Shown here piece by piece: positions 50,546 through 64,000 of a DNA stretch of 64,000 nucleotides. Every line of letters starts with the position of its first letter. Positions within the stretch are counted from its first letter, which is position 1. Below the pieces are notes generated by a model, which was not told where the DNA came from, did not search any database, and saw only the letters and a list, made by a program, of their open reading frames with translations. This DNA comes from Anaeramoeba ignava BMAN (taxonomy: Eukaryota > Protista > Anaeramoebae), in contig JAPDFW010000141.1 in the NCBI GenBank assembly GCA_028826165.1, forward strand, positions 56,901 to 120,900. Reading direction: 5' to 3'. Made by a program: the position numbers and the translations under genes.

Positions 50546-51344
50546 ATGATTCTAGGTAGAAAATGAAAAAATAGATAATTTTTGGATTTTTGATGTTAAT
50601 GATAAAGAACAGAATTTGTAGATACTATTTCGCAAATGTTTAATATAATTATTTTAAAAACTTGGTAAGTTTATCATAATCCTAAAATGTTAAAATGGAT
50701 AATGATTGGTTTCAAATCAATGATAAGGAAAAAATATGAAAAACAAGAAAAAAAAGATGAAAAAAGAAATTTTATCAAAATGAATGGAATGAAAAAAAAA
50801 CAATTTGTTTGGAAATTCATTCACAAAAATGGATTTTCAATTTAAATTAAAATAAAAAATAAAAAACTAAATAACTAAATAACAATGAAAAATCATTTTT
50901 GGGTTTTATAAAAATAAAGAATTAAAAGAAAAAAATTTCTAAAAATTAATTTAAATTTAAATGCAAATTAAATCGGGTTTATCCCTGAAAAAATGACTGC
51001 AAAATAATTAACAAAAAAAATAAAAAATTGTAAATTTTGAAAAAAAAAAAAAGAAAAATATCATTTGTAAATTGTTGTTTGATTAAAAATAAAAAGATAA
51101 TCTTTCTTTGGATAATGTAAATAAAAAGAAAAAAGCAAAATCTTTATAAAAATAGAATAAATTGATAACCAAAAATTAATGAAAATTCATGCAATTTTTT
51201 TATTCAAAAAAGATGAGTAATGTGTGTGATAAATTAATCAATTTGATTTCGGTTGACGTAAGGGTCAAAAAGGCTCATTTCGGCTCAAGAAATCCTGCTT
51301 GTGCCAATTGAGATAAAAGAACCGAAACATTGAGCGATTTACTC

Positions 51345-52365
51345 ATATTTATATTTATATTTATATTTATATTTATATTTATATTTATATTTATATTTAT
51401 ATTTATATTTATATTTATATTTATATTTATATTTATATTTATAATTATATTTATATTTATATTTATATTTATATTTATATTTATATTTATATTTATATTT
51501 ATATTTATATTTATATTTATATTTATATTTATATTTATATTTATATTTATAATTATATTTATATTTATATTTATATTTATATTTTATAATTATATTTATA
51601 TTTATATTTATATTTAGATTTATATTTATATTTATATTTATATTTTATATTTATATTTATATTTATATTTATATTTTATATTTTATATTTATATTTTATA
51701 TTTTTATTTTATATTTATATTTATATTTATAATTATATTTATATTTTATATTTATATTTATATTTATATATTTATATTTATATTTATATTTTATATTTTT
51801 ATAATTTATATTTTATATTTATATTTATATTTTATATTTATATTTATATTTATGTTTATTTATATTTTATATTTATATTTATATTTATATTTTATATATT
51901 TATATTTATATTTTATATTTATATTTATATTTATATTTATATTTTATATTTATATTTATATTTATATTTATATTTATATTTATATTTATATTTATATTTA
52001 TATTTTTATATTTTTATGTTTATATTTTATATTTATATTTACATTTTTATATTTATATTTATATTTATATTTATATTTATATTTATATTTTATATTTATA
52101 TTTATATTTATATTTTATATTTATATTTATATTTATATTTATATTTATTTTTATATTTATATTTATATTTATGTTTATGTTTATATTTTATATTTATGTT
52201 TATATTTATATTTATGTTTATATTTATATTTATATTTATATTTATATTTATATTTATATTTATATTTATATTTATATTTATATTTATATTTATATTTATA
52301 TTTATATTTATATTTATATTTATATTTATATTTATATTTATATTTATATTTATATTTATATTTAT
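51345..52365. repeat. (TATTTA)n microsatellite abutting the transposon end
   Basis: Hexamer array starting at the first base after ...TTTACTC. Confidence 0.95.
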
Positions 52366-52970
52366 TCTAATAATCAATTTTGTTTTCTTCTTACTTTTTT
52401 TTTAATTAAAAACAAAACAAAAAATTAAATGATTATTTATCTAAATTAAATCATTTTTATTTTTTATTCATTTATTTGATATTTAAGAAATTTTTGTTTT
52501 CTTTTCCTTTTCTTTTCTTTTTGATTTTTTTTTATATATGAATAATAAATGAATAAAATATAAAAATATTTTTTGATTAATTATTTCTCATTTAAATTAT
52601 TTCATTTTTTTTTACTTATAAAAATATTTATCAATAATTTAATTAAATTTAATTTAATCTTTTTTTTCAATTTTAATTTTTAATTTAAATTATTTACTTT
52701 TTTATAATATATAAGTAATAAAAATAATCTTTTTTTTTTTGATTAAAAAAAAATGGAAAATTATAATTAAAAAAAAATATCAAATAAAATTAATATCAAA
52801 TAATAATAACTTATGTATTTAATTATAAATAAAATTTTTTCAATTTTTTCTTTCAATTTAAATTTTATTTTCCAATTTTAAAAACAAAAAAAGTAAAATT
52901 TTTTTATTTCTTTTCATTATCTATTTCTCTTTTTAAAATTAATTAATTAATTTTGTTTTAATATTTTTAC

Positions 52971-55900
52971 ATACTATTTAAATATTATTAACAAATAATT
53001 AAAAAATATTTTTTTTTATTATTATTTCAAAATGTAAATTATTTTTAAATAATAATAATAATCAAATTATTTTTTTAAATAAAAAAAAATTTTAATATTT
53101 TACATCCTATTTTAATTTCAAAATAAAAATTAAATTTTTTTAGTATTAAATTATTATTATTATTAATCTATTTTTTTTACATCCTATTTTTTTAATAATA
53201 ATAAATAATTTTTTCAATTTTTTAAATATAAAAACAAAAATATAATTATAATTATAATTATAATTTTCTTGTTTTGATTTTTGATTTGAAATTTATTTTA
53301 CATTCTTTTTTTTTTAATTTTTTAAATAAAATTATTTAAAATTTTTTTTATTATTAGAGAAAGAGAAAAATATTTAAAATAATAAATAATAAATAAATTT
53401 TGTTTTTATTTTTTAATTTTATTATTTTACTGGCTAAAAAATTTTGTTAATCAAAAAAAAAATTAGTTTTTATTTTGATTTTTGTTTTTGTTTTTAAAAA
53501 TAAAAAAAGGAAAAATTTTAAATATTGAAATGATTAATAAATTAAAATATAAAATAAAAATAAAAGGATTTTATTACTTATTATTATTTATTATTAAATA
53601 ATAATTTTGGAAAAATAATTTATCAAAAACAAAATTATATTTTCTTTTTTTCTTTTTTTCTTTTTATTTTAGATTTGAAAATTTAATTAAAATTAAGAAT
53701 AAAAAATTGAAAAACAAAAGAAAATTTGTTTTTGTTTTTTGTAATTTATATTATTTTTATTATTATTAGGTATTTTAATTAAATTTTATTATTATTATTT
53801 AAATTTAAATAAAAAAGTAAATAAGAAATTATTTATTTCTCAATTTTTATTTTTATCTCTGTAAATATAAATAAATAAATTATTTACATTTCATTTATTA
53901 TTTTTATTATTTTTATTTTTCTTTTAAAAACAAAAAATTGATAATCAAAAAAAAATTAAATAAGATTTTCTTCTTATAAATAATAATAATAATATTTATA
54001 AAGAAAAAGAAATAATTTGATTTTTTATTTTTTTTTGAAAATTTTTGTTTTACTTAAAATATAAATATAGGAGAATTTATGATAATATTTAAAATAAATA
54101 TTTTTTTTTCACATTTCTTAAATTTATTAATAATATTAATAATAATATATTTTTTCTCTTAATTTCTTCTTTTTTTTAAAAAAATAAATCTCTTTTCAAA
54201 TTTGAAAATAAAAGATTTTTTTTTTCTTATTTTTTTTTGAAAGAAAAAGATTAAATTAAATTAGATTAAATTTGGGAAAAAGAAATGAAATTATATTATT
54301 TATTAATTTCTTTTTTTTTATTTATTTTTATTATTATGATTATTTATTAAAATAAATTATTTGAAAATATCTTTATTTGTAATTAATAAATTGATGAAAT
54401 ATTTTTTAAAAAAATTTAATTTGATTATTGTAAATTAAAAATACAAAAGAAAAAAAGAAAAAAAAAAAGAATAATTTAATATTCTTATTCTTTTTTTTTT
54501 CCACAAATTTATTTAAATTTAATAAAAATCTAATTTCAATTTTGTTTTTAAAATTTTTTGTTTTATAAAATAATTTAATTTATTTATATAAAATTTATTA
54601 TTTTCCTTCTTTTCTAAAATAAAAATGAAAGAAATGAAAGAAATGAAAGAAAACTTATTTAGATTTAATTTTTAATTCAATTCTTCTTTTATTTATTTAT
54701 TTTTTAAAAATTTAATTATATTTTTTTTTGGGAAATAATAAATAAATAAAAATAAAAATAAAACAATTTATTTATCCTAATTTAATTTGAAAAAAATTTC
54801 CTTTTTAATTTTAATATTTTTTTTATTTGATTTGATTTGAAAATTTCATTTTTATTTTAATTATTTATAAAAATAAAATTATTCAAAATATTTTATATAT
54901 TTATATATATTCAGAGAAATGTTATTAAATTATAAAACTTCAAAAAAAAAATAATTTATAATAATTTATTGATTTGATAAAGTAAAAAAAAATAAATAAT
55001 TTTATTTTAATTAAAATAAAATGGAATAATATTCATTTTGTTTTTCTTTCAGAATGAAATGATTTAATGATATTTATATATATTTGATTAAATAATAATA
55101 ATTTTATTCTCAAAAAAAAATTGGAGAAAAGAAAATAAAAATAACAAAAAATTTTAATTTTATTTTTATTATTATTTACATGCTATTTTAATTAATAAAA
55201 AAAAAGTAAAGAAAGAAATTATTTAATATTAATAAATTTTTTTGATATTTTTGTTTATTTGTTTTTAAATTAAAATTATAAAGTTAATTCAATTTATTTT
55301 CATTTATCTAACATAAAATAATATAAATAAAATATAAATATAATTATTAATATAAATATTAATTAAATCTAATTTCAAAAAAAAATAATTAATTTGATAA
55401 ATATTTATTTCTTTTTTCTTTTTTTTTTTGGATTATGAATAAATTTAAATTTAAATTAATAATAAATTATTATTGAAATAAAAAAATAAAGAAATAAAAA
55501 AGAAATAAAAGAGTTTTGAATAATTTCTATTTATTTATTTACTATTTTTTTTTTAAAATCAAAATTTGTTTAATTATTAATAATTATTTTTTTGTTTTAT
55601 TTTTTTGTTTTTTAGAATTTAAAGATATTAATTAGAATTAAAAAAAAAGAATAAAAAAGAAATTTGAATAAAAAATCCATTTTTTTCTTGTAAGAGATTT
55701 ATTTTATATTATAAATAAATGAAAAGAAAGAAAAATTCATTTTTTATTTTGAAATTTAAATTTGAAAAAAAAGAAAATAAATTTGATATTTTTATTTTTC
55801 TTTTTCTTATTGGAATTTAAATTAAAACAAAATTTAATAAAGAAAAATTGAATAAAATTTATTTTTTTCCTTTATTATTATTATTATTTTGAATAAAAAT

Positions 55901-56695
55901 TTCAAATAAATACATATTCATTCATCTTATTCTTTTGTTCTTTTTTTTCTTTTTAAATTTATTAAATTTATTAATATTATTTACAAATAAAGAAAATAAT
56001 ATTTATTCCTTAATTCATTTTAATTCATTTTAATTTTTAAAATTGAAATTAAAAATAAAAAATTATGATAAAAATGAAAATAATCAAAAAAATGAAATAA
56101 TAATAAATTATCTTCTTTTTTTTTAAAAATTTTTACAAAAGAAAAGACAAGATAATAATTTCAAATTCAAAAAATAAAATTGTTTTCTTTTCTTTTCCAA
56201 TTTAATTTAATTTAATTTTAATTTTAATTTTAAGAATTATTTTGTAAAACTTGTTGTTTTTTTTTTGAAAGAAAAAATAAAAAAATTTAAATATAAAAGA
56301 GAAAAGAAAATATTTAAAAAAAAATATAATTCAAATCTTTCTTTTTACATATTTAAATTTTATAAAATAATATCTAATAAATTTTTATTATTTAATTTTT
56401 ATTATTAATATTTTACAGGCTATTTTATTTAATTTTATTTATTATTCAAAAAAAAAGTTTTAGAAAAAAATTCAAAAATTTTTTGTTTTTAATTTCATAA
56501 ATTTTGTTTTCCAAATTAAAAATAAAATGGAAAATTAAATTATTAAATAAAATTTACCACCTATTATTATTATTATTATTATTAGATTTATTTTTAAAAA
56601 TAAAATTTTATTAAAATAAAAAACAATTTAAATTTAAAAAAAATATAATTTTGATTATTATTATTATTTTATTTTTTTTTGGAAATAATTACTCT
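52971..56695 (-). other. Chain of nine candidate 3-nt microexons
   Basis: Minus-strand (t/a)ag|NNN|gtaa at 56693 AGA, 56558 GTG, 56417 CCT, 55180 CAT, 53431 CCA, 53302 AAT, 53181 GAT, 53104 GAT and 52971 TAT. Neighbours within each cluster are 74-138 nt apart. Confidence 0.7.
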
Positions 56696-57399
56696 CTATT
56701 ATTTTTTATTTAAATAAATAAATAATTATTATTATTATTTTGAATAAAGAAAATTAAATTTAAATTTGATTTATTTAATAAAATTGGAAAGAAAAAGAAA
56801 AAGGAAAATAATTTAAATTTTCATTTCAAAAATAAATCAATCAATTATTTTATTTTTCTTTATTTAAATTTGATTTAATATTAAAATAATAATAATAATA
56901 TATTTATTTTTTCTAAGTAAATTTATTAAATAATTTATTCATTTTATTAATCTTGGGAAAAAAAGAAAGAATAAAAATTTTGTTTTGTTTGTTTTTGAAA
57001 ATAAAAATAATCCAAAATTAAATGTAAAATATAGATAATAAAAATATAAATTTTGTTTTTTTTAATTTTTTTATGTGTGTGATTTTTGAAAAAAAAGAAA
57101 AATTAAATAAAACTAATTTTCATTTAATTTCCATTTTCATTTTTCATTATCAAAAACAATAGCAAATAAATTTTATTTTTGAATTGAATTGAATTTAATT
57201 TAAATTTTTTTTTGTTTGGAAAAAAAAAGAAAAGAATAAAATTTTAATTTCTGAATTTAATGTTAATCTTTTGTTAAATAAAAATGAAGTGAATTAAATT
57301 TTGATTTGAATAGAAATAAAATTTTTGTTTATTTTATAAATATTTTTATTTGGAAGAAAGTATATATATATATATATATTGTTATTATTATGTTAAATG

Positions 57400-59250
57400 A
57401 GTCTCAATTTATTGAAAAAAAAGAAAGAAAATTTTTTTCATTTCTTTGAATAAAATATACATGTGGAAACTCAAATTTCCTATATTAAATTTATTTTCAA
57501 ACACAAAAAAAAACAAAAATGAAATCAAAAAAAAGAAATCAATAAAATTTTCATCTTTCCAAAAAAAAAATTAAATTATTAAGAAGAAATAGAAATTATA
57601 ATAATTTTTTATTTCAAAAATATTTTGAGATCTTAGTTCAAAATATATAATGAAAAATATTAATCAAATTATTATAATTTGGATAAAATATTTTATTTGA
57701 TGAAAGAGATTAGTTTTTCTTGATAATCCTCAATTATTAAATTTGTTTTCTTTTAGAAAAAAATTTCAATATCTAAATTGAAAAATTTTATATAAAAAAA
57801 TTCTAATTTATTAACTAATGTAAAACTTAATATAGATCATTTAATTTTTATTTAATTATTTTTTTTTAGATTTTTTTTAGATCAGGATAATAAGAGATTT
57901 ATTGATTTTTTTTTAAGAAAGAGATCATTTTATTAAATTAAATAATATTTTATAATAATCAAAAAAAAATCAATTTTCATCTTTTGTTTTTTTTCTTTGT
58001 TATTTAGATAATTAATAATTTACAAAAAAAAATTAAAGAAATGATATCTTCTTTTCTGAATAAAATTGATGAATTTATTACAGATATTTCCCTTTATAAT
58101 ATTCATAATTTGGATATTTATTTGATTAAAAATTATTTCATTTTAAGAAGTTTATTATTTTTTTTTCAATTCTTATAGGTAAATTTTTTAGTTTAATTAA
58201 TATTCATTTTTTAACTGAAAATCAATTTGAGAAAATAACTGTAGATATTGGAAAAGAAATTTTAATAACTTTTGAATATAATTTAAATTACAATAGAAAA
58301 GATAAGGAATTATTTGAAAAGTTGTATTTTTTTTTCAATAATTTAATAATAATTTATTTAGAAATGGATTTGATGAATATTCAATTACAAATTATTTGTG
58401 ATTTATCAAGAAAAGGTTTCAATATAATAAAATTAATAATAATTTTTGAATATATAAAAACTGGAAAAAACAATAATTTTTTTTTGATTCAATTCATATT
58501 TTGAGGAAAGAATATTTTAAAGGAATAAATAAGAATATAAAGAATAAATCAATAATTTTACATCTAAATGGAAAGACAAAATATCAATTTCTTTAATTGT
58601 TAATGATAAGGATAGAAACTCAATTCAATCATTATTAGATATTTAATTCAAATGTAAATTTAAACTGGATATAAATCATTATATTGAGAAATTTAAAAAG
58701 AGGTTTATAAATAAAAATGATTAAATTTTTTTATGTTTACAGAAAATTATATCATCTCTTTATTCTTGAGTCTTTATACTGTTTAAATAAATATTATTAT
58801 AACTCTCTTAAATTTAAAAACAAATTTTTTTTAACATCATTTATTATCATTATATATATTTAGAATATGAGAAGTGTTTTTTCTATACAAAATATTTTTA
58901 ATCTCAATAAAAATTGATTATAAAATAACTAAAGAAATAATAACTGAAAATAGAATTTGATTTGATTCTTGAAGATTTTTCCATTTTTTTTTGTGTAATA
59001 ATTTATCAATAAACTCTTGTAAAGAAAAAAATATTTTTTTTTTCATTATAAAACAATATTTTTGTCAAATATAATTAATTCACCAAAACAATTCAAATTT
59101 CAATTTATAATAATTATTTTCAAAAAGGGAAAAAAAAACCAAATGAAAAATTGAAGTTTTATAAAAAATGAATTTTATTGTATTACAAGAGAGAAACCAA
59201 AAAAAATGTATAAAATTTGAAAAAAAAAAACAAAAACAAAAACAAAATTT
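57400..59250 (+). pseudogene. AT-eroded coding/transposable-element relic
   Basis: Higher-complexity stretch with broken frames (58322..58504); identity uncertain. Confidence 0.3.
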
Positions 59251-59320
59251 TACAAGAATAAATTTTTTTTGAAATAATTTTTTTTTTGTTTAGTTTTGAA
59301 GTTTTCAATAAAAAAAATAT

Positions 59321-62300
59321 GAGTAAATCGCTCAATGTTTCGGTTCTTTTATCTCAATTGGCACAAGCAGGATTTCTTGAGCCGAAATGAGCCTTTTTGA
59401 CCCTTACGTCAACCGAAATCAAATTGATTAATTTATCACACACATTACTCATCTTTTTTGAATAAAAAAATTGCATGAATTTTCATTAATTTTTGGTTAT
59501 CAATTTATTCTATTTTTATAAAGATTTTGCTTTTTTCTTTTTATTTACATTATCCAAAGAAAGATTATCTTTTTATTTTTAATCAAACAATAATTTACAA
59601 ATGATATTTTTCTTTTTTTTTTTTTCAAAATTTACAATTTTTTATTTTTTTTGTTAATTATTTTGCAGTCATTTTTCAGGGATAAACCCGATTTAATTTG
59701 CATTTAAATTTAAATTAATTTTTAGAAATTTTTCTTTTAATTCTTTATTTTTATAAACCCAAAATGATTTTTCATTGTTATTTAGTTATTTAGTTTTTAT
59801 TTTTATTTTAATTTAAATTGAAAAATCCATTTTTGTGAATGAATTTCCAAACAAATTGTTTTTTTTTCATTCCATTCATTTTGATAAAATTTCTTTTTTC
59901 ATCTTTTTTTTCTTGTTTTTCATATTTTTTCCTTATCATTGATTTGAAACCAATCATTATCCATTTTAACATTTTAGGATTATGATAAACTTACCAAGTT
60001 TTTAAAATAATTATATTAAACATTTGCGAAATAGTATCCACAAATTCTGTTCTTTATCATTAACATCAAAAATCCAAAAATTATCTATTTTTTCATTTTC
60101 TACCTAGAATCATTTTCATTCCAATTTAATTCCAATTTAATTCCAATTCCAATTCCAATTTAATTTCAATTTAATTCCAATTTAACTCCAATTCAATTCC
60201 AATTTAATTCCAATTTAATTCCAATTTAATTCCAATTTAATTCCAATTTAATTCCAATTTAATTCCAATTCCAATTCCAATTTAATTCCAATTTTATTTT
60301 AATTTTATTTCAATTTTATTTTAATTTTATTTCAATTTTATTTCAATTTTATTCCAATTCAATTTCAATTCAATTTTATTTCAATTTTATTTTAATTTTA
60401 TTTTAATTTTATTTCAATTTAATTCCAATTTCAATTTAATTCCAATTTCAATTTAATTTTATTTCAATTTTATTTCAATTTTATTTCAATTTTATTCCAA
60501 TTTAATTTTAATTTTATTTTAATTTTATTTTAATTTTATTTTAATTTTATTCCAATTTTATTTCAATTTAATTCAAATTTAATTCCAATTTAATTCCAAT
60601 CCAATTCCAATTTAATTCAAATTTAATTCCAATTCAATTCCAATTTAATTCCAATTTAATTCCAATTTAATTCCAATTTAATTCCAATTTAATTCCAATT
60701 CAATTCCAATTTAATTCCAATTTAATTCCAATTCCAATTCAATTCCAATTTTATTTCAATTTAATTCCAATTCAATTCCAATTTAATTCCAATTTAATTC
60801 CAATTCAATTCCAATTTAATTCCAATTTTATTTTAATTTTATTTTAATTTTATTTCAATTTTATTTTAATTTTATTTTAATTTTATTTTAATTTTATTTT
60901 AATTTTATTCCAATTTTATTTTAATTTAATTCAAATTTAATTCCAATTTAATTCCAATTCAATTCCAATTTAATTCCAATTTAATTCCAATTTAATTCCA
61001 ATTTAATTTCAATTTAATTCCAATTCCAATTTAATTCCAATTTAATTTCAATTCTAATTCCAATTCAATTCCAATTCCAATTCAAATTTAATTACAATTA
61101 TAATTCCAATTCAATTCCAATTTAATTCCAATTTAATTCCAATTTAATTCCAATTTAATTCCAATTTAATTCCAATTCCAATTTAATTCCAATTTAATTC
61201 CAATTTAATTCCAATTTAATTTCAATTCAATTCCAATTTAATTCCAATTTAATTTCAATTTAATTCCAATTTAATTCCAATTTTATTCCAATTTAATTCC
61301 AATTTAATTCCAATCCAATTCCAATTTAATTTCAATTTTATTTTAATTTAATTCCAATTTAATTCTTATTCAATTCCAATTTAATTTCAATTTTATTTCA
61401 ATTTAATTTCAATTTTATTTTAATTTTATTTTAATTTTATTTTAATTTTATTTTAATTTTATTTTAATTTTATTTTTATTTTAATTTATTTTTAATTTAA
61501 TTTTATTTCAATTTTATTTCTATTTTATTTTAATTTTATTTTAATTTTATTTTAATTTTATTTCAATTTTATTTTAATTTTATTTCAATTTTATTTCAAT
61601 TTTAATTTCAATTTTATTTTAATTTTATTTCAATTTTATTTCAATTTTATTTCAATTTTATTTCAATTTTTAATTTTATTTCAATTTTATTTTAATTTTA
61701 TTTCAATTTCAATTTTATTTCAATTTTATTTTTAATTTTATTTCAATTTTTATTTCAATTTTATTTCAATTTATTTTATTTCAATTTTATTTTAGTTTTT
61801 ATTTTAATTTTTTAATTTTTTCAATTTTATTTCATTGTTAATTTTATTTCAATTTTTATTTTAAATTCAATTTTTATTTCAATTTTTTTTTTATTTTTTA
61901 TTTTAATTTTATTTCCAATTTTATTTCATTGTTATTGTTGGAATCTTAAATGATACTTTTTGAAATCAATCAAAAGCACAAAACATCCAAGGAAGGAAAA
62001 ATCTTTTCATAATCGAGCGAAAATATATGAAAATGGAAATTAATTCAAAATATCAACAGACAATCACAAGAACTCATTAATACTTATGGAGATATTGTTT
62101 TTATTTCTTCTTGTTCTCTCTAAAAGAAAAAAAATGAAAAAAAAATGAAAAATGAAAAATTTAAATAAAAAAATAAAAAAAATATTCCAAAGAGATCAAA
62201 AACATTAAAGTTAATCCCTACTCAAAGGAAGCAATTTAAAACAAGTTATTGGAGTATTTTTTTAAAAAAAAAAAAATTTTTTTAACATGAATCAAAAAGC

Positions 62301-64000
62301 AAAACAAAAGCAAAAATAAATTCTTTTTCATTTTTCATTTTTTTTTAATTTTAAATTTTAAAAATTTTTTTTTAATTTTAAATTTTAAAAATTTTTTTTT
62401 AATTTCTTCACAAATGAATCAAAACGACAAAAATTATCACCACAAACTAAATCAAAATCCATTTCACAATCCATTTCATAATCCATTTCACAATTCAAAT
62501 CAAAATCAAAATCAAAATCAAAATCAAAATCAAAATCAAAATTCAAATCAAAATCAAAATCAAAATCAAAATCAAGTTATGAATCAATTCCAAAATTGGA
62601 TACAAAAATCATTTCAAGATCTCTTACAAAATTCATTTCAAAATCTCAATCAAAATCAAAATTTAAATCAAAATCCATTTCAAAGTTCATTTCAAAGTCC
62701 ATTTCAAAGTTCATTTCAAAGTCCAAGTCCAATTCAAATCCAAACCCCAAGTACAATTCAAATTCAAACTTCAAGCCCGCGTCTAAGTCGAATTCCAAGT
62801 CAAAATCAAAATTTGGTGCGTAGCAATTTTCCATTGAAAAATTCATTTCCAGATTTTTTTGAAAATGAAAATGAAAATGAAAATGAAATTGAAATTGAAA
62901 ATAAATCTCGATCAGTAGATTTATTCAGGGATGAAAGTGAAAATGAAAGTGAAAATGACAATCAAAATCAATTGGAATCATTTAAATTCCAAAATGAGCC
63001 TCCACTTCTCTTTCCAAATTCATTTGAAAGTGAAAAAGAAAATCACAATGAACTCGAATTTCCATTTAAATTTCAAAATCAAAATCAAAAATCAAATTCA
63101 AATTCAAAAATCAAAAATTTAAAAATCAAAAATCAAAATCAAAATCAAAAATCAAAAATCAAAATCAAAATCAAAATCAAAATTTAAATTTAAATCAAAA
63201 ATCAAAATCAAAATCAAAATCAAAATCAAAATCAAAATCAAAAATCAAAAATCAAATTCAAATTCAAAAATCAAAAATCAAAACGAACAACTATTTCAAA
63301 ATTTATTACTAAATTTATTTCAAAATTTATTAATAAATCCATCTCAAAAACAGAGCAGATCTATATCTTTTAAGTGGGCATTTCCTTTCAAGATGATTTT
63401 CAGCATTTAAAATACCCATAAATTCAAGAATTTGAGCAAAATCTTAAACAAGTTTTTGGAAAAGAAAAACTTATAACTTATTATTTTATTAATAATAAAA
63501 AGTAAAAATAGATTCAAATTTTGTTACAATCAATTCCTATGTTTTGTTAAAGAAAATAAAGTAAAAAGAAGGAAATTTTATAAAAATGGAATGCATACGA
63601 TATTATGGAAATGCAAATATATCATCGACCTTAAAGCAAATAATTTCACAAAAAGTTTCAAAATTGTTGACGACCAAATCTTCTTGTGTACGAAGTGTAA
63701 CAAATTTCTGACAATCCGATCCAAATCTAAATTGACAAAACATATTCAGACAGAGTTGCATCAAAATAACAAGAAAAAGAAAGAAAAATTATACAAACAA
63801 AATCAAGTAAAAAGAGTGAACAAAATAGTTACAAAAATACAATATATATTGCACTTGTAAAAAGAAATCGACAGAACTGTTGAAGGCTTATACCACAGAA
63901 AATACGAGGCAAAAAGAAAAAAACATTTTTCAACAAATTATCAATTCTTCAATTGTGGGAAAGGTTCAAATATTTCTATGAGACAAACATTTCATACAAA
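59321..64000 (+). mobile_element. Sola-like DNA transposon copy 2 (runs off the window)
   Basis: Starts atat|GAGTAAATCGCTCAATGTTTCGG; reverse complement of 51344 to about 47240. Confidence 0.85.
62414..64000 (+). pseudogene. Transposase of copy 2, frameshifted as assembled and truncated by the window edge
   Basis: N-terminus nearly identical to 45395..48901. Many 1-nt indels after about 63090, which may be low-coverage sequencing errors. Confidence 0.75.

Larger units (their letters stand above)
45395..51344 (-). mobile_element. Sola-like DNA transposon copy 1; 5' end at 51344, 3' end unresolved (possibly about 34470)
   Basis: Near-identical in inverted orientation to 59321-64000. Homology stops at the terminus 5'-GAGTAAATCGCTCAATG, flanked by ATAT. 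Confidence 0.8.

Noticed and set aside
58225-58420. TVDIGKE and EMDL..DLSRK as retroviral-type integrase motifs
   Set aside because: The motifs are in the wrong order and different frames, and too degenerate.
63090-64000. Frameshifts as proof that transposon copy 2 is dead or uses programmed frameshifting
   Set aside because: Dense 1-nt indels in homopolymers near the window end look like low-coverage long-read errors.

Overview
Very AT-rich eukaryotic genomic DNA with GT-AG introns, microsatellite-filled introns and expanded ankyrin/BTB genes. The style resembles anaerobic protists such as Anaeramoeba, but that is an inference. 0-13.5 kb is a compact gene cluster: an epsin-tail-like protein, a ZUP1/ZUFSP C78 deubiquitinase, two ankyrin-BTB genes and a cAMP-receptor-like GPCR. 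13.5-24 kb holds satellites, a decayed relic and a BTB-ARM gene. 24-64 kb is repeat-rich. It has three copies of one compact APE-RT LINE family: one eroded toward A/T, and one nested in another with a 15-bp TSD. It also has two head-to-head copies of a large Sola-like DDD transposon, one with an intact 1168-aa ORF. The most striking signal is absent from the ORF track: chains of AG|NNN|GT single-codon microexons. Nine intact ones lie on the minus strand at 52.97-56.70 kb and three on the plus strand at 28.8-33.9 kb. The plus-strand ones lie between isolated 96-nt phase-0 ankyrin exons that lack their beta-hairpin residues. This suggests codon-by-codon, possibly combinatorial, assembly of ankyrin binding loops. 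All splicing calls are predictions from sequence alone, and some frameshifts may be long-read homopolymer errors.
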